In this document: positions 8,738 to 17,069 of the stretch, piece by piece
Position numbering within the stretch: the first letter of the stretch is position 1
How the letters are laid out: every line of letters begins with the position of its first letter
DNA from: Candidatus Geothermarchaeota archaeon
Lineage (GTDB): Archaea > Thermoproteota > Nitrososphaeria > Geothermarchaeales > JDFR-13
Length of the DNA: 64,000 bases
Reading direction: 5' to 3'
NCBI GenBank assembly: GCA_015523545.1
Contig: WAKB01000001.1
Span: 66,159 to 130,158 of the forward strand
Translations under genes and position numbers: made by a program
Notes under the pieces: generated by a model
Databases searched by the model: none
Seen by the model: only the letters and a program-made list of their open reading frames with translations
Told to the model about the DNA's origin: nothing

Positions 8738-10435
8738 TCACCCCTCAAGCTTGGTGCCACACTTTACACAGAACTTGGCGCCAGGCTTGTTCGGATGACC
8801 ACAGCTTGGGCAGTACAACGCACCCTCCACAGGCTCAGGCGGAGCCTTCCTGGGAATCCTTGCTCCCAGCCCTCCCCTCCTAAGGAATATGTAGGATCCT
8901 ACTCCTATTAGAGCCAGTAGTGGCAGGGCGATCATCCATAGGGGTAGGCCTGGTGAAGCCACCTTTATCGTGACGGTGCTTGAGGCTGGGTTGAAGTCCT
9001 CATCACCTACAAAGTTAGCTGTGACCACTAGGTCTCCACCACTTGATGGGGTATATGTCAGGCTGAAGGTATTGTCCTCACCAACCCTCACTGTACGTGT
9101 CTCGGTATTGCCCCCTAGCTGAATGGTTATATCCACCAAGACATCCTTGAAGGAGACGTCTACGCCTAGTGGGTTGGGCCCGTCATAGCTGAGCGACCCT
9201 GTTATAGTGACGGTCTCACCAGCATTCACCTCCGTTGCATTGGCCTGTAGAGATAATGTAACGTCCTTCTTAGCACCCTCGGCCAGCTTCGACTGGGCCT
9301 TCTGGATCATGTATGACGCATACCAGTTGAAGGGGTAGAGGCTCCTTACATCCTCGAAGACCTTCTTGGCCCTAGAGTAGAGCCCTGCATAGAAGTATCC
9401 TACACCCTCCTCCCACATCTGGTCAACCGGGCCACGGGTATTGTAGCTCACACCCTGCTCCGCCAGATACTGTTTAAGTAGATCTCCCGGTATGAAGAAG
9501 TTGAAACCTGCCACAGGCTCCAGGTTCTCATCAACAGACCCCATATTGGTTACTCCTATGACCTCACCCATCTCGTTAACCACTGGCCCACCACTATTGC
9601 CTTTACTGATATCGACATTCATCTGTATTGCCCTCACATCTGTAATCGTCCTCCTCTCACCGCTGATGATACCATTTGTGTAGGAGGGGAATAGCAAAGT
9701 ATCCTCGCTCAGCATAGTATGGAAGTTAACAACACCTGGATAGCCAAACGCATATATCGTCTGTCCAGGTTGATACTCATCCACCTCACTAATCTTAAGT
9801 GAAGGTGTGTTCGCCACATCAATCTTGAGAACGGCGAGGTCCCTGCCAACTAGGAAGGGATCGGGAGTACCTACAACTCTTGCTATTATACCGTCCTCCC
9901 TGATCTTTCCGCCACTAGACTCGCCAACCAGGACATAGACTATCCTTATAGCGTTTCTTACCTCCCCGTAGGTCAGGACATGGTTTATAATGAACTCTAT
10001 GTCCTCCTGGGTAATGTTATAGCCACTCTGTATAAGGTTGTTAATGATGTCGATCGCGGCACTCCTAACAAGCTCTGTTTTCACAAAGATATCCTCGAGA
10101 TAGTCTGAATGGGTCATGGCGAAGACTACATGCCCATTAGTCACTATGTAGCCATCGTTATTCACGAAGAATCCACTCCCAATACCCCCAATCATCGAGT
10201 TAACTGTGAAGAAGTCGGCTGTCGGTCGTCCATACCTATCGACATAGGGAACCTTTATCTCGGCCTCTATGATCGTAACTATGAAGACGACTCCGGGTAA
10301 AACTAGGTCATAGATAGCCTCTGGACTGATAGCCTCCTGGGCTGCAACAGGCTCCACGACAGGCGTATATGGATTCGCAATCGGGCCAAGGAGTATTCCC
10401 AGCAGAATCAATACGATTATCCCATGCCTAACCAT
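8738..10435 (-). CDS. membrane-anchored trypsin-fold serine protease (S1C/HtrA-like) with an Ig-like domain, TM helix and C-terminal zinc ribbon
   Basis: 565 aa with an N-terminal hydrophobic signal/anchor (IIVLILLGILLGPIA). The triad context is GSGFFVNNDGYIVTNGHVV, DLAVLKI and GNSGGPVVN. The TM helix is WMIALPLLALIGVGSYIFL and the tail is CPSCGHPNKPGAKFCVKCGTKLEG. Confidence 0.88.
   Translation of the reverse strand: MVRHGIIVLILLGILLGPIANPYTPVVEPVAAQEAISPEAIYDLVLPGVVFIVTIIEAEIKVPYVDRYGRPTADFFTVNSMIGGIGSGFFVNNDGYIVTNGHVVFAMTHSDYLEDIFVKTELVRSAAIDIINNLIQSGYNITQEDIEFIINHVLTYGEVRNAIRIVYVLVGESSGGKIREDGIIARVVGTPDPFLVGRDLAVLKIDVANTPSLKISEVDEYQPGQTIYAFGYPGVVNFHTMLSEDTLLFPSYTNGIISGERRTITDVRAIQMNVDISKGNSGGPVVNEMGEVIGVTNMGSVDENLEPVAGFNFFIPGDLLKQYLAEQGVSYNTRGPVDQMWEEGVGYFYAGLYSRAKKVFEDVRSLYPFNWYASYMIQKAQSKLAEGAKKDVTLSLQANATEVNAGETVTITGSLSYDGPNPLGVDVSFKDVLVDITIQLGGNTETRTVRVGEDNTFSLTYTPSSGGDLVVTANFVGDEDFNPASSTVTIKVASPGLPLWMIALPLLALIGVGSYIFLRRGGLGARIPRKAPPEPVEGALYCPSCGHPNKPGAKFCVKCGTKLEG
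8741..8812 (-). other. C-terminal zinc-ribbon module of the serine protease
   Basis: Sequence is CPSCGHPNKPGAKFCVKCGTKLEG. By hand count, 57 of 81 aligned nt are identical to the corresponding segment of the giant ORF. Confidence 0.8.
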
Positions 10436-10439
10436 CTAA

Positions 10440-10892
10440 TCACCTCTTGAAAATCTTCTTGACACCACCTAGGAGACCCTCATCCTCAGCGAGCTTAGCT
10501 CCACAGTTCTCACAGAACCTATTACCGACAGCATTGGGGTGTCCACACTCGGGGCAGTACACAACATTACCTGTGTGGCTATGCCTAGCTGTAGTCGCAC
10601 TGGTAGGCTCAGACTGCTGAACCTGCTGGGTAGGTGGCTGGCTCGATACACCTCCAGACCCGCTCAGCCCACTGGTCTTCAAGAGTACAACGTCACCAAC
10701 GGCCTGGATATTGCTGAAGAAGACATAGTTCTGCTCCTCACCCTCGCCTATGACCATCACTAGATTGCCCTTAAGGTCGAAGCCGATATCACTGACCTTG
10801 CCCAGGATCTTCCCGTTGGCGTCGACGACCGTCTTACCGACTACATCCTCCCTTCTGAAGAAGGAAGTCATGTTATCACGAAATAGAATCAA
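10440..10892 (-). CDS. PRC-barrel domain protein with C-terminal zinc ribbon
   Basis: The N-terminus EDVVGKTVVDANGKILGKVSDIGFDLKGNLVMV is typical of PRC barrels. A Ser/Gln/Thr-rich linker follows, then CPECGHPNAVGNRFCENCGAKL. The codon at 10892 is TTG. The ATG at 10871 (MTSFF...) lies about 30 nt downstream of a TATA-like box and is the more likely start. Confidence 0.85.
   Translation of the reverse strand: MILFRDNMTSFFRREDVVGKTVVDANGKILGKVSDIGFDLKGNLVMVIGEGEEQNYVFFSNIQAVGDVVLLKTSGLSGSGGVSSQPPTQQVQQSEPTSATTARHSHTGNVVYCPECGHPNAVGNRFCENCGAKLAEDEGLLGGVKKIFKR
10491..10556 (-). other. zinc-ribbon module of the PRC-barrel protein
   Basis: Sequence is CPECGHPNAVGNRFCENCGAKL. By hand count, 41 of 66 aligned nt are identical to the protease tail. 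Confidence 0.8.
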
Positions 10893-10900
10893 TCCTCAAA

Positions 10901-10909
10901 TTTATATAA
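10901..10909 (-). promoter_or_regulatory. TATA-like box for the PRC-barrel/protease/giant-protein operon
   Basis: The plus strand reads tttatataa. It sits about 30 nt upstream of the ATG at 10871, which fits a leaderless or short-leader archaeal promoter. Confidence 0.45.
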
Positions 10910-10980
10910 CTAGTATTTCAAGGGGCGCGGATTTTCAGCCAGTGGTTTTTAAATCCTCAAAAACTTAAACAACTCAATTT

Positions 10981-11361
10981 TTATACCTCTACACCATGAT
11001 CCTTCAACATTTTCGAGAGTTTTGAAACTGTGTTAATGATATAGTCCACCGCCCTATCCATATCTATTATCCTGACTAGCATCCTGTGCCGCCATAGTAT
11101 CCTCTGGTTGTTATGATCTATGAAGCGGGTGAAGACCCTCTTCAGCTCGTCGGGAACCTGTATATCATTCTTCTTTAGGAAGAAGTCTACGTAGCACCAT
11201 GTATAGGCATCCTCCTTATAGTCACTGGCATGGGCTAGGTCGAAGGATATGTAGAAGGGTATCCCGTCGGAGACAGTTATCCTGTCCTCGCTACCCTCAA
11301 TGGGGAACTCAACCTCTTTGAGGCCGTAGCCCTTCAAGTCGTTCCTGACAAGGAATTCCAC
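10981..11361 (-). CDS. hypothetical protein
   Basis: 126-aa ORF with coding-like composition. No motif recognised. Confidence 0.55.
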   Translation of the reverse strand: MEFLVRNDLKGYGLKEVEFPIEGSEDRITVSDGIPFYISFDLAHASDYKEDAYTWCYVDFFLKKNDIQVPDELKRVFTRFIDHNNQRILWRHRMLVRIIDMDRAVDYIINTVSKLSKMLKDHGVEV

Positions 11362-11539
11362 TATAGCCCTTCGCCGCTTCTTATTCAGCTCTGCTAGATT
11401 CGAAATCGCCCCTCCCCTCCCGACTCTCTGGGATCTCCATATTAGCCCGGTATTACCAATATCTAACTATATGGTTAATATATTACAAAAACACCCACCT
11501 TGACATATATGGCGCCCAAGAGGGGATGATGAGGGAGCG

Positions 11540-13231
11540 GTGCATACCATGTCGCAGGAGATAACCCTCAACAACCTTGTGAAGGAGTATTTCTCCAGCC
11601 TCCTACAGATATACCCCCATCTAGGCCTCGACCTAGACATCAATATTAGTACGAAGCTCCCCGACATGTCGATAGATGTCATCGAGAGGGAGAAGGGCCT
11701 AATAAAACTCACCCTAGAGAGGCTGGAGGATATCAGCTTCGAGGATCTAAGCCTCGATGGGAAGGTCCAGTACCTAAGCTTCCGCGACTACCTGAGGCTC
11801 AGGCTATTCTTCATCGAGGACTGGCAGTTGTGGAGGATGTACCCCGAGTCCCTAGATATCCTAATAAAGATCCTTACATACATACTCTACAACCCCAAGA
11901 TCAGCCTTGAGGAAAAGGTTGAGCAGATAGCCGAATATCTCGACGATCTACACCGGTTCCTAGAGCTCAGTAAACAGAGAATTAGAAGGCCCCTAAAGCT
12001 ACTGGTCGAGCTAGGCCTCCTAATGGTGACCTATCTAAAGCAGCTACTGACATATATTGAGGAGGAGGCCGGGAGGGACCCCAAGGCCACCAAGGTATTC
12101 AGCAAGTATAAGCAGAGGTTTGACAGGGCTATGGACTACCTGGACGACTACAAGAACTGGCTGACAAACCTGAGACAGAGGGAGCTCTTCGACATCTCAA
12201 TGGGTGAGCAGCTATTAGAGAAACTTATAAGGGTTAGGAAGTTAGGGTCAAGCGTCAAGAGAATACAGAACATCTTGAAGGCCGACATCCTGAAGATAGA
12301 GGAGGAGATAGAGAGGAAGCTAGCTGTTATGAATATGTCCAGCCTAAGGGACTACCTAGAGTCGGTGAGGGAGGTCACATATAAAGATCCATACATGATC
12401 TCCTCGAGGTATGAACAGGTATTTGTAGATACTAGGAGGCTACTCCTCGAGAACAACCTCCTAGAGCTGCCCGAAATAGAGCTAGACATCAACATAGTAC
12501 CCTTCAGGGCATATTACGTAACCCCCATATTCAGCTATAGAACAAATGTACTCGATGGAAAGCTGAAGATAGAGATCTATATCAGAGTGAAGGACGAGGA
12601 GGACGCTAAGTGGCACAACGAGTTCGAGAGTCAGCTAAGGATCGTCAGGGACATCATACCGGGCTCAGCCCTAATAAGCTACTACCTCAAGAAGTCGGGG
12701 AACCTGCTGCAAAAGATACTCGACATCCCCGAGTACCAGGTGGGTTGGGGATACTTCGTCCAGGACATGATGGTCGATGTAGGGATACTCAGCGGAGAGG
12801 ATATGGAGCTCCTAAACCTTGTGGAGAAGTATAAACTCGCCCTACTCGCCAAGATGGATCTCGAGATGAATCTGGGGAAGATAACCCATGTACAGGCTGC
12901 CAAGTTCCTGAAGCAGGCCGACGGGGTCTTCAGCGACGACGAGGTGATCATAGGGACAATGGAGATCATGACAACCCCCACGATGCACCTGTCAAACTAC
13001 CTCGCCTACAAATTCTATAAGAGGATGATTAGGATACTGAGGGGAATCTCCGATGAGGGGCCCTACGCAGCGGATAGGGACGCCGAGAAGGAGAGGGAGA
13101 CGAAGATCTTCAACTATAGATGGTTCGCAGAGAAGATCTTCAAGTATGCCGTGACCCCCCACAGGTACCTAGAGAGCCTACTCCTCAGAGACTACGCATC
13201 AGACAAGATTGACAGGGAGTTTAGAGGCTAG
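11540..13231 (+). CDS. hypothetical helical protein, possibly DUF885-like with a degenerate metal site
   Basis: 563-aa ORF with GTG at 11540 and ATG at 11549. From memory, the C-terminal third (VGWGYFVQDMM...ITHVQAAKFLKQ...) resembles the DUF885 pattern. The position expected for HExxPGH reads RDIIPGS. Confidence 0.6.
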   Translation: MHTMSQEITLNNLVKEYFSSLLQIYPHLGLDLDINISTKLPDMSIDVIEREKGLIKLTLERLEDISFEDLSLDGKVQYLSFRDYLRLRLFFIEDWQLWRMYPESLDILIKILTYILYNPKISLEEKVEQIAEYLDDLHRFLELSKQRIRRPLKLLVELGLLMVTYLKQLLTYIEEEAGRDPKATKVFSKYKQRFDRAMDYLDDYKNWLTNLRQRELFDISMGEQLLEKLIRVRKLGSSVKRIQNILKADILKIEEEIERKLAVMNMSSLRDYLESVREVTYKDPYMISSRYEQVFVDTRRLLLENNLLELPEIELDINIVPFRAYYVTPIFSYRTNVLDGKLKIEIYIRVKDEEDAKWHNEFESQLRIVRDIIPGSALISYYLKKSGNLLQKILDIPEYQVGWGYFVQDMMVDVGILSGEDMELLNLVEKYKLALLAKMDLEMNLGKITHVQAAKFLKQADGVFSDDEVIIGTMEIMTTPTMHLSNYLAYKFYKRMIRILRGISDEGPYAADRDAEKERETKIFNYRWFAEKIFKYAVTPHRYLESLLLRDYASDKIDREFRG

Positions 13232-14084
13232 CCAGTATAGCCGCCACGGTATAGACTATGAAGAGGTATGGACTCGTAATCTTGAAGAGTGTCCATACAT
13301 CCCTCATGTTGGGCCGGGTAACTACCCGATATGAATAGTATAGTACTAATACATTAAGAGCCGCGATGGTTCCTAGGAAGGCGGGATGTATATAGATACC
13401 CCCTGCAAAGGGGAGGAATAGGCTTGATACCACCAGTGCAACGGCTGATAGGCCTATGACCCTGATACTCTGATCCTCATCAAGTATTGATGTATACATA
13501 GGCACACCAGCCCTCCTATAATCATCCCTATAAACAAGGGCCAGTGTCCATATGTGCAGAGGGGTCCATATCACGACTAAGAGAAATAGGAGCCAGGCGT
13601 CGAGGGGGAGCGTCCCGTCATACGCTGCGTAGCCGATGAGTGTAGGCACACCCCCGGAGGGGGCGCCGAGAATAATATTGAGTGGGGTCCTCCTCTTACT
13701 CCATAGGCTGTATACAATTACGTTGTCGAAGAGGCCTATAGCCATTAGAATCGCTGAGAGTGGGTTTAGGAGGAGGGCTAGGGTTATGCTGGATATGGAT
13801 AGGAGAAGGCCGTAGTAAAGTGCATATCCAGGGTCGAGCCTCCCACTGGGTATCGGCCTCTTCATAGTCCTCTTCATAACAGCGTCTATATCCCTATCGA
13901 TATACCCCGTCAACGTGTTAGCCCCACCCGTGCCTAGGACTAGGGCTATGGTGAGTATGAGGAGCCTAGTATCTATAGAGCCACCGGAGGCTATCAGGTA
14001 TCCAGCCACACCGGTATAGACGAGGAGCGACCATATACGTGGCTTAGTAACCTCAATATACTCCCTAAGCCCCATTACAATCAA
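13221..14084 (-). CDS. ctaB: protoheme IX farnesyltransferase (heme O synthase), UbiA family
   Basis: Polytopic membrane protein carrying NTLTGYIDRDIDAVMKRTMKRPIPSGRL and a second Asp-rich region (YRDDYRRAGVPM). Confidence 0.85.
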   Translation of the reverse strand: MIVMGLREYIEVTKPRIWSLLVYTGVAGYLIASGGSIDTRLLILTIALVLGTGGANTLTGYIDRDIDAVMKRTMKRPIPSGRLDPGYALYYGLLLSISSITLALLLNPLSAILMAIGLFDNVIVYSLWSKRRTPLNIILGAPSGGVPTLIGYAAYDGTLPLDAWLLFLLVVIWTPLHIWTLALVYRDDYRRAGVPMYTSILDEDQSIRVIGLSAVALVVSSLFLPFAGGIYIHPAFLGTIAALNVLVLYYSYRVVTRPNMRDVWTLFKITSPYLFIVYTVAAILASL

Positions 14085-14138
14085 GTATTAAAGTCGGGGC
14101 TACAACCGTTAAATTGGGGTCGTATAATAGGATATATA

Positions 14139-15215
14139 TTGGCCTCCCGGGGGATGGGGCCCTTGCTAAACACGGTCTTCAACAAACAGGTGTTCAGACC
14201 AGGCGAGACGATAAAGGCCTACATAACGCTGAATATCCCGGACAGGATAGAGGTGGAGTATGGACAGCTGGAGCTTAAATACGTCTTCCGGTCCCGGGAG
14301 GTCGACGGTGGGTTCAAGAAGATCTATATCGACGAGAGCCTAGGCTTCATGAAGCCCGGCCCCTATAACCCCGGCGTCTACAGCTACAACGTCACATATA
14401 CAATACCCTCCAACGTCCCCCCATCCTTCAGGGGGAGGATACTGGAGGGGGTGCTCCGATACGAGTGTATCGTGAAGGCTAGGGGAGGCTTCTCACTCAG
14501 GAGAACGGGCGAACTCATCATCACCAAGGGGTATGAATCGCCGAGCCAGGAGACTCTCTACTCCATCTCCTCAGGCGATATACACCTCACACTACTCCTC
14601 GACAGGCCTGTGAAGGGGAGGATACTGAGGGGTGTACTAACCATCGAGGAGGGTAGGGAGCTGGTTAGGAGGATATTCCTTGACCTATGCATCTACGAGG
14701 GCTACAGGGTGCAGAAACTCCTATTCCTAAGGAACTTTAGGGAGACGAGTAGATGTATAACGATCCACTCGATAGGTGTGGATAGGCATGGAATGGGGAG
14801 CTATCCCTTCAGGGCCGACCTATCAAGGATGCTTGGCGGGAGGGCAATATATACAGCCCCCTATGCAGACGGAGACATCCGTTTCCAGACATACCTGAGG
14901 CTCAGGATGATCACCCGAGAGGGTATGAGGACATACTACCAGCCCATAGAGTGGTATCCATATGAGGAGAGTGAGGATACCCAGGTAGAGACAGAGGTAC
15001 TCACCATGGAGGAGAGGATTAGGAGGGCGATCATAGAGTTCTTCGAGGTGAATCTGGAGGGGGACATCATAGATATCCAGGAATACCTGGAGGTGAAGGG
15101 CTTCAGCGTAAATATCCATATGCTTGAGAGGTTGATGAGAGGGCTTATAGAGGAGGGCGTACTGCAGGAGGCTGATAACAACCCGATACTCAAGAAGTAT
15201 AGGCTTAGGGGCTGA
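14139..15215 (+). CDS. arrestin/Spo0M-like two-lobed beta-sandwich protein with a C-terminal winged-helix-like domain
   Basis: FRPGETIKAYITLNIPDRIEVEYGQLELKYVF ... YTIPSNVPPSFRGRILEGVLRYECIV matches the arrestin-N/Spo0M logic. A second similar lobe follows. The last ~70 aa (EERIRRAIIEFFEV...MLERLMRGLIEEGVLQE) look like a wHTH. The start is TTG 14139 or ATG 14154. Confidence 0.6.
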   Translation: MASRGMGPLLNTVFNKQVFRPGETIKAYITLNIPDRIEVEYGQLELKYVFRSREVDGGFKKIYIDESLGFMKPGPYNPGVYSYNVTYTIPSNVPPSFRGRILEGVLRYECIVKARGGFSLRRTGELIITKGYESPSQETLYSISSGDIHLTLLLDRPVKGRILRGVLTIEEGRELVRRIFLDLCIYEGYRVQKLLFLRNFRETSRCITIHSIGVDRHGMGSYPFRADLSRMLGGRAIYTAPYADGDIRFQTYLRLRMITREGMRTYYQPIEWYPYEESEDTQVETEVLTMEERIRRAIIEFFEVNLEGDIIDIQEYLEVKGFSVNIHMLERLMRGLIEEGVLQEADNNPILKKYRLRG

Positions 15216-16122
15216 GCCTCCTATATACAGTATAGGCCAGATAACCGTCCTGCACCGCTGTGCCGACACTCTTGAATATCGTCAGCTCATCCCTCGACAC
15301 CCTACCAGCTACACTTCCAAGTACGAGCTCCGAGAACAGGTGTACGGCATCCCTCGAGACCAGCCCCTCCCTAATGGCGAGTCCCACCTCACCGACCTCG
15401 TATAGGTCGGGACTGTCTATGAACACCTTATCGGCAGATGCCACTAGCCGTGGATCCAGCTCCGCACTATCCCTACCCATGTATCCCATACTCGCTATGT
15501 GCCGACCCCTCGGCGAGGAGTCTATGACCGGCCTACTACTAGTAGTGGCTAGGATAACCACCTCAGCCCTCTCTACAACCTCACCTGGGGAGGATGCCAC
15601 GTATGCCTCGACACCCTTTCTACCCAGCTCCTCAGCATACCTAACAGCCTTCTCCACACCCCTGTTATGGAGATATACACGCCTAATACCTGGGAACCAC
15701 TCTAGATGCATCTCTAGGCTGGCCCTACCTATACGGCCCACCCCGATGAGCCCAATATTCTCCGGCTCCCCGTAGAGCTCGATAGTTGATACTAGGGCCA
15801 TACCAGCCGTACGTAGAACAGTTATGGAGACACCATCGACGATGCATAGCGGCTCCATAGACCCCAGGTCATATACAAAGACGTATGCGTTGAAGGGCCT
15901 ACCGTCGAAGGGATAATCCACAACCTTCAGCGTATAGACCCCATACTCCCTAATGTGGCATGGCATAGCCCCTAGGAAGCGTGACCCACCCTCTATCAGG
16001 AGCTCCGACCTGGGCGGCTGATCGACACCCGGGTCTAGGAAGCCTCTGAACGCCCTATATACAGAGTCTACTACATCTCTAAGAGGTAGAGACTCCACCT
16101 CCTCCCTACTAATCACCCTCAT
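15205..16122 (-). CDS. ornithine cyclodeaminase / mu-crystallin family NAD(P) enzyme (archaeal alanine dehydrogenase-type)
   Basis: 305 aa with the Rossmann motif GLIGVGRIGRASLEMH and typical OCD-family length and layout. Confidence 0.75.
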   Translation of the reverse strand: MRVISREEVESLPLRDVVDSVYRAFRGFLDPGVDQPPRSELLIEGGSRFLGAMPCHIREYGVYTLKVVDYPFDGRPFNAYVFVYDLGSMEPLCIVDGVSITVLRTAGMALVSTIELYGEPENIGLIGVGRIGRASLEMHLEWFPGIRRVYLHNRGVEKAVRYAEELGRKGVEAYVASSPGEVVERAEVVILATTSSRPVIDSSPRGRHIASMGYMGRDSAELDPRLVASADKVFIDSPDLYEVGEVGLAIREGLVSRDAVHLFSELVLGSVAGRVSRDELTIFKSVGTAVQDGYLAYTVYRRLSP

Positions 16123-17069
16123 GGCTCCACTACACCCACATGCTCCATGAGCAGGGATCTATACCTCTCGGGATCCTCTACATAGCCCATATACACGTTT
16201 TTACCGCCTCCACCCCTACCTCCACACTCCCCACTTATCCTGGCCTTAAGCCCCTCTATATCCACCCCCCTGCTGGCTAGGAAGACCATATGCTTCTCGC
16301 CATCCCAGCTGAGTACCGAGAGGACATCTACTCCACGCTCATTCATAACGTTTCTAGCCCGGCTAGTGACCCTCTTCATGTCTAGGTAGGGAAGCTCTAC
16401 AGCTAGTAGGCTATACCTCCCTCTAAGCAGAGGCCACCTCGACAGGGCTGTGTCGACAACCTCCCTAGAAGCCTTCTCCACCCTAATCTCAAGCTCCTTA
16501 AGACTCTCTACACGGTTATAGAGATCCTCGAGGGAGGAGCCTAGTAGGCGCGTCATACTATATATGTTGGATGCGCTCTCTAGGGCGTAGTCGACTGCCC
16601 TCTCCCCAGTATAGAACTCAAGCTCATAGAGCCCGGAGCGAACCCTCCTGATCAGCCTGGGAACAACTAGCCGCACCTCTGACGCCCTCTCCACATGGGG
16701 GTTTATACATGCCGAGGCGTCGTAGTCACCTATCCTGACGACCCTGATGAACTCCTTATCGCCCAGCCTCTCCTCATATGCCCTGAGGCCGGGATACTTG
16801 GCCCTAGCCTCATCAAGGCTGCTGAAGACCTCCACGTGGAACGGTAGGTCATCAGCAATGGCCCTGTTAGCCATCCTCGCAGCCTCTATAACGGTCTCCC
16901 ATCCAATATCGCCGTCATACCTGAGGAAAGCCTTATCCACACCACTATCCTCATGGACGACCCTCACCACCTTTAGCCCGGGCACCAGCTTGTATAGACT
17001 ACCCACGAGGAGATGCTCCCCCGAATGTCTAACCCTTATATCCCCATTATCCACCTCGACACACCCCAT
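16119..17069 (-). CDS. alaX: AlaX-type alanyl-tRNA trans-editing protein with a C-terminal DHHA1-like domain
   Basis: Zinc motifs HSGEH (HxxxH) and CINPH (CxxxH) are present. The C-terminal glycine cluster GGRGGGGKNVYMG resembles the AlaRS C-domain. Its stop region overlaps the downstream gene start by 4 nt. Confidence 0.75.
   Translation of the reverse strand: MGCVEVDNGDIRVRHSGEHLLVGSLYKLVPGLKVVRVVHEDSGVDKAFLRYDGDIGWETVIEAARMANRAIADDLPFHVEVFSSLDEARAKYPGLRAYEERLGDKEFIRVVRIGDYDASACINPHVERASEVRLVVPRLIRRVRSGLYELEFYTGERAVDYALESASNIYSMTRLLGSSLEDLYNRVESLKELEIRVEKASREVVDTALSRWPLLRGRYSLLAVELPYLDMKRVTSRARNVMNERGVDVLSVLSWDGEKHMVFLASRGVDIEGLKARISGECGGRGGGGKNVYMGYVEDPERYRSLLMEHVGVVEP

Noticed and set aside
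11380-11420. TTCGAA-containing stretch (agattcgaaatcgcccc) that could have been a tRNA T-arm
   Set aside because: The flanking 5-nt segments (gcgat / ctagc) are not complementary, and no acceptor or anticodon stems can be drawn on either strand.
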